DNA of 64,000 nucleotides from Candidatus Melainabacteria bacterium (GTDB lineage Bacteria; Vulcanimicrobiota; JABDET01): NCBI GenBank assembly GCA_013286945.1, contig JABDET010000001.1, positions 4,590 to 68,589 of the forward strand, read 5' to 3'. Shown piece by piece: positions 63,838 to 64,000 of this stretch (position 1 is its first letter; each line of letters starts with the position of its first letter). The notes under the pieces were generated by a model. It saw only the letters and a program-made list of their open reading frames with translations, ran no database searches and was not told where the DNA came from. The position numbers and the translations under genes were made by a program.

Positions 63838-64000
63838 ATTCCGCTCCAAAGGATACAACTCTCCAATGTTTTATTTACCCCATTTCCGAGATTTCAGCTT
63901 GAGAAAATGGGTAAAGCACCCTATGGCCGGCAGGTTTTGCTTGCATTTAGATTGAACACCTTGTCCAAGAACGGAATTAGATGGCCACACAGGAATTAAA

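Noticed and set aside
1-64000. CRISPR arrays, tRNA/rRNA genes, transposases/integrases/prophage genes
   Set aside because: No regularly spaced direct repeats, no tRNA-like cloverleaf candidates in intergenic gaps, and no recombinase-like ORFs were found on reading. The window appears to be chromosomal backbone plus small accessory insertions.

Overview
This 64 kb window is a gene-dense chromosomal segment of a diderm (Gram-negative-type) bacterium with roughly 50% GC by eye. Taxonomy cannot be assigned from sequence alone. About 50 CDSs are supported, with no rRNA or tRNA genes, no CRISPR array and no transposase or integrase. Housekeeping genes: glyA, tag, msrA, leuS, priA, mreB, maf, ruvX, mltG, an RND efflux operon (TolC, adaptor, AcrB-like pump), a TonB-ExbB-ExbD cluster with two TonB-dependent receptors and a ZIP metal transporter, a Ser/Thr kinase with TPR repeats, an enoyl-CoA hydratase and an aldehyde dehydrogenase. 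Accessory content: (1) a two-partner-secretion locus (TpsB, a 1839-aa repeat-rich TpsA, and a Spy/CpxP-like protein). (2) A type IV pilin locus where two pilin paralogs are followed in the same orientation by a TPR-fused Wzy_C/O-antigen-ligase-like protein, a GT4 glycosyltransferase, a DegT sugar aminotransferase and the prepilin peptidase, which suggests pilin O-glycosylation. (3) A radical-SAM/SPASM enzyme next to two TPR-fused glycosyltransferases. (4) An AT-richer gene for an HExxH-motif protein with a tandem 70-aa repeat. The most unusual signal is non-coding. A family of three intergenic copies of a roughly 130-170-nt, highly structured element is present (13.4 kb, 19.4 kb, 45.6 kb). Its nested helices are kept intact between copies by compensatory substitutions, and its G-T wobble positions are only compatible with + strand RNA. 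The ORFs called across the element change only non-synonymously between copies. This looks like an undescribed multi-copy structured RNA or RNA-like repeat. A second, smaller REP-like hairpin family (two inverted copies with compensatory stem changes) was also found.
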